The position numbers were made by a program, and so were the translations under genes. This document shows positions 19,477 to 28,683 of a stretch of DNA of 64,000 nt, piece by piece; within the stretch, counting starts at the first letter, position 1, and every line of letters begins with the position of its first letter. This DNA is from an uncultured Candidatus Binatia bacterium. Lineage in GTDB: Bacteria; Desulfobacterota; Binatia; UBA9968; JAJDTQ01. The DNA lies in NCBI GenBank assembly GCA_965213675.1, contig OZ243916.1, positions 1,024,001 through 1,088,000 of the forward strand. The letters run 5' to 3'. The notes beneath the pieces were generated by a model that was given only the letters and a program-made list of their open reading frames with translations, was not told the origin of the DNA and searched no databases.

Positions 19477-20429
19477 CGCGGCCCCAGCAGCTCCTCGGCG
19501 CAGCGCCGCTGGCGCGCGAGCGCCTCTTCGCCGAAGAGCGCGAGATACTGCTCGTGGCTGGAAACGCCGTGGACGTAGCGTTCCAGGTAGTCGTTGAGGG
19601 CGCCGGTGCCGCGCTGCTTGACGGCGTCGGTATAGGCCTCGAAGTGGGCGAAGTCGGCCTCGTAAAGGCCGTAGCATTCATGCGGAAAGGAACCGTAGGG
19701 CGCCTCCACCACCGCGTCCACCACGAGTCCCGGGATCACCGTGCGGTCGGGCTGGCGGCGGATCTCCTCCTCGTCGATGATCTCCTCGGCGGTGACGATG
19801 ACGGTGGCGGCCGCCTTGGCGATGTCCGTGTCCATGTGCGGATAGCCGTCAATCTGGCAGTTGCCGAAGCGGTCGGCGCGGTGCACATGGAGCAACGCCA
19901 CCTCGGGGAACAGGGCCGGCACGAGGCACAGGGTCTCGCCGGTGAACGGACATTCCATGACCCTGGTGTCGGTCACGCCCATGAGGTCCGAGCCCAGCAT
20001 CGTGAGGGTGGGCAGAAACGGCACCCCCATGGCGCCCGCGCGGTAGCGCAGTCCGAGCCCGAGATGGCTCCACTCCTCGAAACGGATGCGCCCCCCTTCC
20101 ACCTCCTCGCGCAGCTTGAGAGACAGTCCCCAAGGCAGGGCGATGTCGAACCAACTGGTCATGAGCCCGTCCACGGCCCTGGACGCCATGAACAGTTCGC
20201 CCTCGTAGCACATGAGGTTGCGCGACAGGGTGAGGCCGCTCCGGCGTTGGCGCAACACCTCCATGAGCGCCGCCAGCGGGGTGCGCGAGAAGAGACAGCC
20301 GCCGATGGCGATGTGATCGCCGTCGCGCACCTTCCGCACGGCTTCCGTCAGGGTGGTGAGCTTGTCGCCCGTGGACTGGGGCTTGGCTTCAAGCCGCCTG
20401 CGGGCTTCCACGAAATCGGCCGACTTCAT
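19473..20429 (-). CDS. CoA-transferase subunit A
   Basis: DGDHIAIGG, AGAMGVPFLP, HVHRADRFGN, VTAEEI. Confidence 0.9.
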   Translation of the reverse strand: MKSADFVEARRRLEAKPQSTGDKLTTLTEAVRKVRDGDHIAIGGCLFSRTPLAALMEVLRQRRSGLTLSRNLMCYEGELFMASRAVDGLMTSWFDIALPWGLSLKLREEVEGGRIRFEEWSHLGLGLRYRAGAMGVPFLPTLTMLGSDLMGVTDTRVMECPFTGETLCLVPALFPEVALLHVHRADRFGNCQIDGYPHMDTDIAKAAATVIVTAEEIIDEEEIRRQPDRTVIPGLVVDAVVEAPYGSFPHECYGLYEADFAHFEAYTDAVKQRGTGALNDYLERYVHGVSSHEQYLALFGEEALARQRRCAEELLGPR

Positions 20430-20690
20430 CGGGAGCGCGCGCCTCCTCGCAACCCCGCGGCGAGACCCTCGGGGGTGTGATGATCCGTAGTCTGCGTGGT
20501 GCGCGCTGCCATGCTCACGGCTGCTAACACCTTGCCCGGATTCAGTCAACTCCGCGGGGACTCGAAGGACGCCATCTCGCCCAACGCCCCTTGGTCCGCC
20601 GGTCCTTCCAAGCCGATGTGGCAACAAGAGTCTGTGAAGGGCGATCTACCTCCCGAGCCTCTCCATGCCTCTAACTTTGCAACACCAACT

Positions 20691-21620
20691 CTAACGGCCG
20701 TCCAAAAAGCGGGCGCAAAGCCCTGTGATGGCGTCGACCCGGTCCGGGTGCAGCCGCTGGAGGTCCCGGTCGGCGCGGAACCATGTGAGCTGGCGCTTGG
20801 CCAGACGACGGGTCGCCTGCCGCATGGCCGCGAGCGTATCGTCCTCGCCGATCCGGCCCATGAGACGTTGCACCGCCTGACGGTAGCCGACGCTCTGCAT
20901 GCTGTGAAGGCCCGCGTGATAGCCTTGCTCCAGGAGCGCACGTGTCTCGTCCAAGAGCCCGGCCGCCAGCATCTCCCCGCAGCGCCGGTCGATGCGCCGG
21001 TAGAGTTCCGCCCTCGGCCGCTCCAGGGCCACCCCGAGCACGTCGAAAGGACGGTCGCCGAAACCGTGCGTCCGTTGCCATTCGCTCAATGGCCGTCCCG
21101 TGCTTGCATGGACCTCCAGCGCGCGCACGATGCGTACCCGGTCCCGCGGGTCGATGCGCCGCGCCGCTGCCGGGTCCACGCGTTCGAGCCGTTCGAAGAG
21201 AGGACCGACGCCGTGCTCCGCCGCGGCCCGTTCCAGGCCGGCGCGCAGCACCGCATCCCGGCCCGGCCCCTTGAAGAGCCCTTGCGTCAGCGCCTTCACG
21301 TACAGGCCCGTGCCCCCCGCCACCAGCACGTGGCGCCCGCGCGCGCGTATGTCCGCGATGGCCGCGAGCGCGTGCTCCCGGAACCGCGCCGCGTTGAAGC
21401 CCTCGTCGGGGTCGATCACGTCCACCAGGTGGTGCCGCGCCCGCCGTCGCTGATCCGGCGTGGGCTTGGCCGTGCCGATATCCATGTAGCGGTACACCTG
21501 CATGGAGTCGGCGTTGACGATCTCCGCGTTCAGACGCTCCGCGACCTCCAGGGCCACGTCGGTCTTGCCCACCCCGGTGGGACCGACGATGCACAAGATC
21601 CTGGGTTTGGCGGCGGTCAT
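20691..21620 (-). CDS. miaA: tRNA dimethylallyltransferase
   Basis: GPTGVGKT, DSMQVYRYMDIGTAKP, GGTGLY, AKRQLTWFR; follows mutL. Confidence 0.97.
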   Translation of the reverse strand: MTAAKPRILCIVGPTGVGKTDVALEVAERLNAEIVNADSMQVYRYMDIGTAKPTPDQRRRARHHLVDVIDPDEGFNAARFREHALAAIADIRARGRHVLVAGGTGLYVKALTQGLFKGPGRDAVLRAGLERAAAEHGVGPLFERLERVDPAAARRIDPRDRVRIVRALEVHASTGRPLSEWQRTHGFGDRPFDVLGVALERPRAELYRRIDRRCGEMLAAGLLDETRALLEQGYHAGLHSMQSVGYRQAVQRLMGRIGEDDTLAAMRQATRRLAKRQLTWFRADRDLQRLHPDRVDAITGLCARFLDGR

Positions 21621-21753
21621 GGGAGCGTTCGAGGGACGATGCGCGATGATTCCTGAACCAGTCCTTGCCCTGTCCCACGATTCATGTTGGAGGGGTCTGG
21701 ACAAGTCCCTTCCGCGCGGACGAGCCCCGGCGGGTCCGGCGGCGCGGCGGGGA

Positions 21754-23682
21754 TCAGGCTCGGCGGAACAGGCGCTCCAACTGACCGCGGCTGAACTGGA
21801 CCATGACCGGGCGGCCGTGGGGACACTGGGTGGCGAACTCGGTCCGGTCGAGCTCGCGCAGCAGCGCCTCCATCTCCTCCTTTTCGAGCGCCCGGTTGGC
21901 GCGGATGACGCTGTGGCACGCGAGGGTCATCAGTCGCTCCTGAAAGCCGCGGTGCAGTTCCGCGGAGTAGCCGGTCTCGGCGAGTTCGCTGACGATGGCG
22001 CGCACCGCGTCGCGGTAGTCGCCTTCGGACAGGAGCGCCGGCACCGCCCTGAGCGAAAACGTGTTGCGGCCGAACGGCTCCAGCGTGAATCCCGCCCGCT
22101 CCAACGTGCCCAGGTGCTCCTCCAGCACCATGGCCTCGGTGACCGGCAACTCCAGGATCTGCGGCATCAGCAGTTCCTGGCGTTCGATGCGGCCCTTTTC
22201 CAGATCCTGGCGCATGCGCTGATAGGCGATGCGTTCATGCGCGGCGTGCTGGTCGATGAGCACCATTCCGGGATCGCCCTGGCACAGGATGTAGCAACCC
22301 AGCACCTGCCCCACCACCGCCAGCGACGCGAAGGCGACTCGTCCCTGCTCAGCCGGTGACGCAGACGCCGGCGCTCCAGACCCAGTCAGCGGAAGCCCGC
22401 GGCGCGGCCCCAGCGGCAGTATCGGTTGGCCCTTGCCCGCGTCGTAGAACGAAGCGGGCTCGTGTATCCCCGCCGACCCCCGCGGGCCGGAACCGGGGGT
22501 GGCGCCAAAGCCGGGGAGTTTTTCGGAACCGGGCGAGAACCCGGGGGCGCAGGCTCCCGCACCGCCGGGGAGAATTCCGGAGCCGCCCGAGTGGTCAGGA
22601 CCCGGCGCGTTCTCCGAGTGGCCGAAATTCCCGGAACCGAACGGCGGGCGCCCGGCATCCGCGAGGTCCGGCGACGGATTGGCCGTCGACGCGCCTTCGG
22701 CCGCGACCCTCAAGCCACCGCGCACGGCTCGCAGAACCGTCTCGTAAAGCTCGGACTGACGCCGGAAGCGCACCTCGGTCTTGGCCGGATGCACGTTCAC
22801 GTCCACGTAGGCGTGGGGTATCTCCAGGTAGAGGATCGTCGCCGGGTAGCGCCCCTTCATGAGAAGCGTGTCATAGGCCTTGAGCATGGCGTGGTTCAAC
22901 AGCCGGTCACGCACGAAACGGCGGTTGACGAAGCTCACCATGTAACGGGAACTGCCGAAAGACTTCGGCGCCTGGCTGGCAAAACCGGTGCATCGCAGAT
23001 GCTCGCCATTGAGCGAGAACGGCGCCAGGTCGCTGCCGGCGTCGCCGAACACCTGCCGCACGCGCTCCTGGAGCCGTTGGGTGGCAACGTAGTCCGCCAA
23101 CCGCTTGCCGCCATGATGCAGGCGGAAGTGCACCGACGGATGCGCCAGCGCCGTGCGGTTGACCATGTCGGTCACGTACTTGATCTCGGTGCGCGGCGAC
23201 TTCATGAACTTGAGTCGCGCCGGCACGTGGAAGAAAAGGTCGCGCACTTCCACGGTGGTGCCCACGGGACAGCCCGCGGCCGCGGGAGCGCCCTTGCGGC
23301 CGTTCTCCACCCGGTAGCGGCAACCGGTCTCCTCGAACGCGGGGCGCGACACCATCTCCACCGCCGCCACCGAGGCGATGCTGGGCAGCGCCTCGCCGCG
23401 AAACCCCATGGTGGCGATGGCCCCGAGATCCGCCTCGCTCTTGATCTTGCTCGTGGAGTGGCGCTCGAAGGCCAGGGGAAGATCCTCGGCGGCCATCCCT
23501 TCGCCGTCGTCGCTGACCCGGATGAGAGAAGTGCCGTTGCCTTCCACGAGCACGGAGATCTCCGTGGCGCCGGCGTCGAGGGCGTTGTCCAGCAGTTCCT
23601 TGACCACGGACGCCGGCCGCTCCACCACCTCGCCGGCGGCAATGCGGTCGATCAGGTTGTCGGGCAACACCGCGATCTTCAT
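21754..23682 (-). CDS. mutL: DNA mismatch repair protein MutL
   Basis: IAAGEVVERPASVVKEL, GFRGEAL, DVNVHPAK, DQHAAHER, CPHGRP. Confidence 0.97.
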   Translation of the reverse strand: MKIAVLPDNLIDRIAAGEVVERPASVVKELLDNALDAGATEISVLVEGNGTSLIRVSDDGEGMAAEDLPLAFERHSTSKIKSEADLGAIATMGFRGEALPSIASVAAVEMVSRPAFEETGCRYRVENGRKGAPAAAGCPVGTTVEVRDLFFHVPARLKFMKSPRTEIKYVTDMVNRTALAHPSVHFRLHHGGKRLADYVATQRLQERVRQVFGDAGSDLAPFSLNGEHLRCTGFASQAPKSFGSSRYMVSFVNRRFVRDRLLNHAMLKAYDTLLMKGRYPATILYLEIPHAYVDVNVHPAKTEVRFRRQSELYETVLRAVRGGLRVAAEGASTANPSPDLADAGRPPFGSGNFGHSENAPGPDHSGGSGILPGGAGACAPGFSPGSEKLPGFGATPGSGPRGSAGIHEPASFYDAGKGQPILPLGPRRGLPLTGSGAPASASPAEQGRVAFASLAVVGQVLGCYILCQGDPGMVLIDQHAAHERIAYQRMRQDLEKGRIERQELLMPQILELPVTEAMVLEEHLGTLERAGFTLEPFGRNTFSLRAVPALLSEGDYRDAVRAIVSELAETGYSAELHRGFQERLMTLACHSVIRANRALEKEEMEALLRELDRTEFATQCPHGRPVMVQFSRGQLERLFRRA

Positions 23683-23725
23683 GAGAGGATTGTGTGACCA
23701 AGTCCGGACCAAGTCAATGCTTCCA

Positions 23726-24613
23726 TCAGCCGCCGTGGCTGAGCACCCACACGCCGCCGACAATGAGCGCGGCGGCCACGCCGTCCCGCGCGGTCACGGC
23801 CTCCAGGGCGCGCAGCGTGAAGCGGGACAGCACGAACGTGATGAGCGGCGAGATGCGCCAGATGGGCGCCACCAGGACCGCGGGGGCCAGCAGCAGCGCC
23901 TGGTAGGTAAAGAGCGAAGCGAGGGCCTCGGTGACCCCTGCGATGGCGAAAAGAACCGCGCTCGCCAGGGGCACCCGCTCCTGCCGCCAAGCCTGGATTC
24001 CCAGCCAGGGACCGGCCGTGAACAGGAGCACCGTGGAGGTCGTGTGATTGATCAGGGTCGCCAGGGCGGGCACGCCCGCGGCCAGCAAACCCCACCTCTT
24101 GAAGATCGGATTGATCCCGAAGGCCAGGGAGGACAGTAGCGGGTACATGAAATACACCAGCCGGTTGGGCGCGCCCTCCCCTTCCAGCGGACTCGCCGAC
24201 AGCAGCAGCACACCGGCCACGATCACCACCACCCCGACGAAGATCTCCCAACCCACCTGCTCGCTCAGGAGCGCCCACCCGAGAAACACCGTGATGAGCG
24301 GCGAGGAGTTCTTCACCGTCACGGCCTTGGACGCGCCGACGCTGTCGATGCCCAAATTCAAGAAGACCTTCCCCAGACAGGCCGCCACGCCCGTCAGCAC
24401 GAAGGACAGCATCGGAGCCTCGTCCAGCCACGCGAACTCCCCGCGCCAGGCCGTCGCCGCCACCAACGTCGCAAGGGACCAGTACTGGGTCACCAGCGTC
24501 GCCATGGTCACGTTCGACCGCGCCATGCCCTTCTTGAGAAGAGCCGGCCCCACGCCCCAGATGATGCCCGCAGCCAGGGCGTAGAGGACGGCTTGGGTGG
24601 GGTTGTCGATCAT
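23726..24613 (-). CDS. DMT/EamA family transporter
   Basis: About 10 predicted TM helices with an internal repeat (SSPLIT / ISPLIT). Confidence 0.8.
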   Translation of the reverse strand: MIDNPTQAVLYALAAGIIWGVGPALLKKGMARSNVTMATLVTQYWSLATLVAATAWRGEFAWLDEAPMLSFVLTGVAACLGKVFLNLGIDSVGASKAVTVKNSSPLITVFLGWALLSEQVGWEIFVGVVVIVAGVLLLSASPLEGEGAPNRLVYFMYPLLSSLAFGINPIFKRWGLLAAGVPALATLINHTTSTVLLFTAGPWLGIQAWRQERVPLASAVLFAIAGVTEALASLFTYQALLLAPAVLVAPIWRISPLITFVLSRFTLRALEAVTARDGVAAALIVGGVWVLSHGG

Positions 24614-24716
24614 GAATCGGGAGGGGTTGCTCGTGTGGCGTGCAGACGGGTCGGATTCGAGGTGTGTCCCGGGCGTGTGGTGGCTTTCAACAGGGGTGTC
24701 TCAGGCGAAGAAGTTC

Positions 24717-24741
24717 GTCCAGGGGGCTCCGCCCCCTGGAC
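24717..24741 (-). promoter_or_regulatory. Perfect 11-bp hairpin with GGA loop just downstream of a DGR-like variable repeat (candidate DGR homing hairpin)
   Basis: Coding strand: TGA-ATCTTTACCTCTTTACCTCATTTGTGGGG-GTCCAGGGGGC GGA GCCCCCTGGAC; no following U-tract. Confidence 0.7.
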
Positions 24742-24770
24742 CCCCACAAATGAGGTAAAGAGGTAAAGAT

Positions 24771-26954
24771 TCACGGGGTGAGCGTTCTGGCGATACGGAA
24801 CCCGACGTCGATGAACCGGTACGTGGAGGAGTACCTGAAGCGGTTGGCGGACCGGAGGTTCCTCGGTACGTCGAACCAGGAACCGCCGCGCAACACGCGC
24901 TGGCTGCAATCCCCCCCACTCACCCAAGCACTCCCGTCAGTCGGCGCTCCTTCGTAGCTGCCGTGCCAACAGTCCTCCACCCACTCCCGTACATTCCCAT
25001 GTACATCGTCCAATCCAAATCCATTCGCCAGATAACTCCCCACTGGTATCGTCCGCTTACGATAGTGCCCCTTCCAACCCAACCCGTACGTGTAGTTCCC
25101 GTTGTAGTTCGCCTGGTCCGTCCCAATCGTCGTTCCCGTATGAAACGGCCCTGCCGTCCCCGCTCGCGCCACATACTCCCACTCCGCCTCACTCAGTAGA
25201 CGATACCCCTTCCCTGTCCGCCTCGATAACCACGCCACGTACCCCTTCGCGTCCTCCCAACTCACGTTCACCACCGGTCGCCCCCCGCGTCCCCATCCCC
25301 TATCATCCGGCCGATACCCCCGACATCCTCCCCCTGCTACACACGCATCCCACTCCCCAAAAGTTACCTCGTACTTCCCCACCGCAAACGCCTTGCCTAT
25401 CCGCACCCGGTGACGCGGCCCCTCGCCCGAGTCCCTGCCTTCTTCTCCATCCGGCGATCCCATCGTGTACTCCCCAGACGGTACCACCACCATCTCCGGA
25501 CACTCCCCGCAGTCCCGAAACTCCCGCCCAGGTCGCTCCGCCTCCTCCCGGGCCTTCCGAGCCGCCGCCGCCTTCGCTCTTGCCCTTCTCTCCCGTTCCG
25601 CGGCCTCCTGAGCCAAACGCTCCCGCTCCGCCTCCTCCTGTTTTCGCCGCGCCGCTTCCGCTCGCGCTACATCCTCCCCGATCGCCTTCAATGCGCCAGC
25701 CTGTTCCCGCGTCAGGTATCCCGTCGCCGCCAACCCTTTCTCTTTCTGCCATGCCTCAATCGCACTCCGCGTCTTCTTCCCGAACAAGCCGTCCGCATAT
25801 CCGACCCCGAGTCGCAACTTCGCCAACCCCTGCTGGATCAGTACCCGCGCGGGCCGGTGCAAACCCAATGCATCTTCCATCGCCTTATGATCCGGCGCCT
25901 TCAATGCCGGTTCTCCTGGCAATGCGTCTTCCCGCGCCGGCGCCCTCGACATCGCAGCCCCTCCGGTCTCCGCTGTGCTGTCTCTCTTGTCGTCTCCCTC
26001 CTCCTTTCCTCCCAGGGCTCCTGCCTTTGCTGCGTCCATCCCCGGCCGCGCTGGAAAACCCTTTCCTTCCGCCGCCACCGCCGCCAGCACCACTTTCCCC
26101 GATCCCATCAGGTTCGCCTTCTGCACCCGACGGTGCACCCGACGCGCCGCCCGCGTCATCCAACGGTCCAGGTAACCCTTCGCCTCCTCCGCCGTCACTC
26201 TCCCGTCCTTGTCCGCGTCCCCTTTGCCGTACAGCGCGTTCAGCAGATGATGCGTGAACAGCCCGTGCCTTGCCTTGTCGTCCCACGACGCAATCTGCTC
26301 CCCGCTCGCCGCAGTCAACGCCGTCACCTTCCGCGATGCCGCTTGCGGCAGCGTCGCCTTCACAAACACCGGGCTCGCCGAACCTATCAGTCCGCCCTCG
26401 TTCGTCCCGCCCGAAAAACACGCGTCCAGAAACACCGCCACGCTCCGGGCCTCCGCCAACTTCCCCAGGTTCTCGTACAACAAATCGATGGGATACCCGT
26501 CGTCCTCCGCCGCCTTCGGGTCAACGTCCACCGGCAGCAAATATCCCCTCTTGTCGCGTTGCCCCGGCACCCCGTGCCCTGAGTAGAACACCACCACGTC
26601 CGAGCCCCCCTCCGGGTCCAGGTAGCTCCACAAAAGGCTCCCCGATGGGTCGCTCCGGGTTCCCAAGGCATCGTACAGTTGCCGCCGCCGCGCGTCCCGC
26701 AAATCGATCACGTTCTCCGCATCGAATCCCAGCACATCCAGCACGTACCTCTTGAACGCCTCCGCGTCCCGGTGCGCATACGTTACGTCCGGAACGTCCC
26801 GGTGCTCGTAGTCCCCGTTGCCGATGATCACCGCCACCCCACGCGCATTGCGCACCTCCGCCCACGCCAATGGACTCTCATGAGTCATCCACAGGCCCGC
26901 GCCCATGGCAACTACCCAGACAACAGCCACCCGCCGCCAGCAACGTCTTCTCAT
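24771..26954 (-). CDS. Secreted caspase-like (C14) + peptidoglycan-binding + coiled-coil + FGE/SUMF1 C-type-lectin-fold protein; candidate DGR target 1
   Basis: Signal peptide; YSGHG and LDACFSG dyad; IQQGLAKL..ADGLFGKKTRSAIEAWQ; FRDCGECPEMV..PVVNVSW..RLLSEAEWEY..RGGSW..GFRIAR. Confidence 0.9.
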   Translation of the reverse strand: MRRRCWRRVAVVWVVAMGAGLWMTHESPLAWAEVRNARGVAVIIGNGDYEHRDVPDVTYAHRDAEAFKRYVLDVLGFDAENVIDLRDARRRQLYDALGTRSDPSGSLLWSYLDPEGGSDVVVFYSGHGVPGQRDKRGYLLPVDVDPKAAEDDGYPIDLLYENLGKLAEARSVAVFLDACFSGGTNEGGLIGSASPVFVKATLPQAASRKVTALTAASGEQIASWDDKARHGLFTHHLLNALYGKGDADKDGRVTAEEAKGYLDRWMTRAARRVHRRVQKANLMGSGKVVLAAVAAEGKGFPARPGMDAAKAGALGGKEEGDDKRDSTAETGGAAMSRAPAREDALPGEPALKAPDHKAMEDALGLHRPARVLIQQGLAKLRLGVGYADGLFGKKTRSAIEAWQKEKGLAATGYLTREQAGALKAIGEDVARAEAARRKQEEAERERLAQEAAERERRARAKAAAARKAREEAERPGREFRDCGECPEMVVVPSGEYTMGSPDGEEGRDSGEGPRHRVRIGKAFAVGKYEVTFGEWDACVAGGGCRGYRPDDRGWGRGGRPVVNVSWEDAKGYVAWLSRRTGKGYRLLSEAEWEYVARAGTAGPFHTGTTIGTDQANYNGNYTYGLGWKGHYRKRTIPVGSYLANGFGLDDVHGNVREWVEDCWHGSYEGAPTDGSAWVSGGDCSQRVLRGGSWFDVPRNLRSANRFRYSSTYRFIDVGFRIARTLTP
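24804..24875 (-). repeat. DGR-like variable repeat VR1 (partner at 45337-45408)
   Basis: 15 substitutions against VR2 in 24 codons, all non-synonymous, 14 at codon positions 1-2, flanked by near-identical sequence. Confidence 0.8.
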
Positions 26955-26982
26955 CGAAACCCTCCCGAACCTCGACTTGTCC

Positions 26983-27621
26983 CTACCGCGTCAGGCTCCG
27001 CGCCACGCGGAAACCAATCTCGTCCCCCCGAAACGAAAACCCCATGGTCAGATTGTCGTAGTTGCGGAATCCCGCGCGGAGTACCGACTTCCAGTCATTC
27101 CAGGAACCGCCGCGGATCACGTGCGCGGAACAAATCTCGTAGGAGGGCGGTTGCCACGAAGCATCGGGCGTCGCATCCGCCGCCGGACCGAAGCGGACGT
27201 TCCTGCCGGAGAAACGCGGCGCGGCGCTCAGCTTCTCCACCGTGATCTCGGCGCCCTCGATGACCATATGCACGTCGGTATCCGGGTTTAGGTTCATTCT
27301 ACCTAGGAGAATGGTGAGCCATTCCTCCACCTTGTGCGCCGGCGCGGAGGTGACGTAAGCGTATCTGCGCATCGCTGCATCGGAGCTCATCAGGGTGTGA
27401 CTCCGGTAACCCGGAAACTCCCCCGCCATGACGTCGATGATGTTCCGCGCCTCGCCCGGAGCAAAGTAGCGCAGCGTCACCGTGTAGGGCGTCACCAGCC
27501 CGTGCCTGCCATCTGGAAACGACTCACCGCGCTGCGCCGGCCCACCCGGCTGCACCGCGCAACCCGACAACACCCACGCAAGCACTACCGCGCCAACGAC
27601 TGTCTTCAAGAGATGTGACAC
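26983..27621 (-). CDS. Putative lipoprotein: unrecognised 'EFPGY' domain fused to an FGE C-terminal fragment
   Basis: GGAGG RBS plus GTG start, lipobox VLSGC, PYTVT..VMAGEFPGY..EEW domain, tail VIRGGSW..IGFRVAR. Confidence 0.75.
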   Translation of the reverse strand: MSHLLKTVVGAVVLAWVLSGCAVQPGGPAQRGESFPDGRHGLVTPYTVTLRYFAPGEARNIIDVMAGEFPGYRSHTLMSSDAAMRRYAYVTSAPAHKVEEWLTILLGRMNLNPDTDVHMVIEGAEITVEKLSAAPRFSGRNVRFGPAADATPDASWQPPSYEICSAHVIRGGSWNDWKSVLRAGFRNYDNLTMGFSFRGDEIGFRVARSLTR

Positions 27622-27674
27622 GTGGTGGCCTCCTTCCGTCGATGCGGTCCGCTTATCATACATTTCGGGGGGGC

Positions 27675-28631
27675 CTATTCGGAAATCGCCCTATCGTCGC
27701 CGGATCGTGTGCGGTTGGAGGTGGGGACGATCCTCTCCACGGTGATGTCCGTGCCCTCGATGGCGATGCGGACATCCCTGTCGGGATCGAAATTCATGTC
27801 CGCGAGCAGGATCGCCAGCCATTCCTCCATCCTGGCGGTCGTGGCCGTGGTGACATAGGCGTACCGCCGCACGCCCTGATCGGTACGCATCAGCTGGTGG
27901 CTACGGTAGCCCGGAAACTCCTCCGCCATGACCGCGATCATGGTCAACGCTTCTCGTCTGTCAAAGAGCCTGAAAGTGACGGTGTAGGGGGTCTCGATGC
28001 CACCACCCGGAACATCGCGGAAGCGGGCGAGCCTCGCGACCAGCCCGTTTCCGAGGGTCGTGGCGAGTTCCCTGGCGTGGCCCCCCACCACCCGGGCGAT
28101 GCAGCCCGGTTCGTCGAGGCAACCCGGGGGACCGAGGTACGACTGCTCCACTTCGACGCTGTCCTCGAACCGGTTGGAAGCCAGGTCGTAGATGTCGCTC
28201 TTCATGCGGATCCCGATGCGGGTGACGCTGTACAAGGATCTGACTTCCGCACGGACGCTGATCAACGCCAAGGCGCGCACCGCATGCGTGGCATCGGCGC
28301 TCTGGTTCATCAACTTGGCCATGTCGATGAGGTCCATCCGGGGGCGACGGTCGCGTATCTGCCAATCGAGGTCCACGGCCACCGCGGCCTCCTCGACGAC
28401 TCGGAAACCCGCGCGGCTCATTACGCCTTTAAGCTCGGCGATGACGCGCTGGAAGATCTCGTGACTGCGTGGGATGGTGGATGGGTCCTCGTCCTCGCCC
28501 GCCACGAGCACCGGCACGGCAGCGGCGCGAGCCGGCGCCTGCGCAAAGGATACGGCCGGCGTCATCAAAATGATGAGCGCCGCGAGGATCGCTCCCAGCA
28601 GAAAACCAGAGTATTGCGCATGGATCCGCAT
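27675..28631 (-). CDS. Secreted hypothetical protein with 'EFPGY' domain
   Basis: Signal peptide; full-length similarity to 32613-33674. Confidence 0.8.
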   Translation of the reverse strand: MRIHAQYSGFLLGAILAALIILMTPAVSFAQAPARAAAVPVLVAGEDEDPSTIPRSHEIFQRVIAELKGVMSRAGFRVVEEAAVAVDLDWQIRDRRPRMDLIDMAKLMNQSADATHAVRALALISVRAEVRSLYSVTRIGIRMKSDIYDLASNRFEDSVEVEQSYLGPPGCLDEPGCIARVVGGHARELATTLGNGLVARLARFRDVPGGGIETPYTVTFRLFDRREALTMIAVMAEEFPGYRSHQLMRTDQGVRRYAYVTTATTARMEEWLAILLADMNFDPDRDVRIAIEGTDITVERIVPTSNRTRSGDDRAISE

Positions 28632-28683
28632 ATTCGATTCCCTATGTTGGTTCTACCCCGTGGGTCGCGAACTCTCCGACCCC

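Noticed and set aside
20430-20690. hfq, riboswitch or sRNA in the gap after miaA
   Set aside because: No Hfq-like ORF; GAGATGGCGTCCT and CTGAATCC only superficially resemble fluoride and c-di-AMP riboswitch motifs, and I could not build the required structure; an Rfam scan would settle it
22340-22720. Insertion in mutL
   Set aside because: The Pro/Gly-rich segment corresponds to the normally variable MutL interdomain linker and the frame is intact
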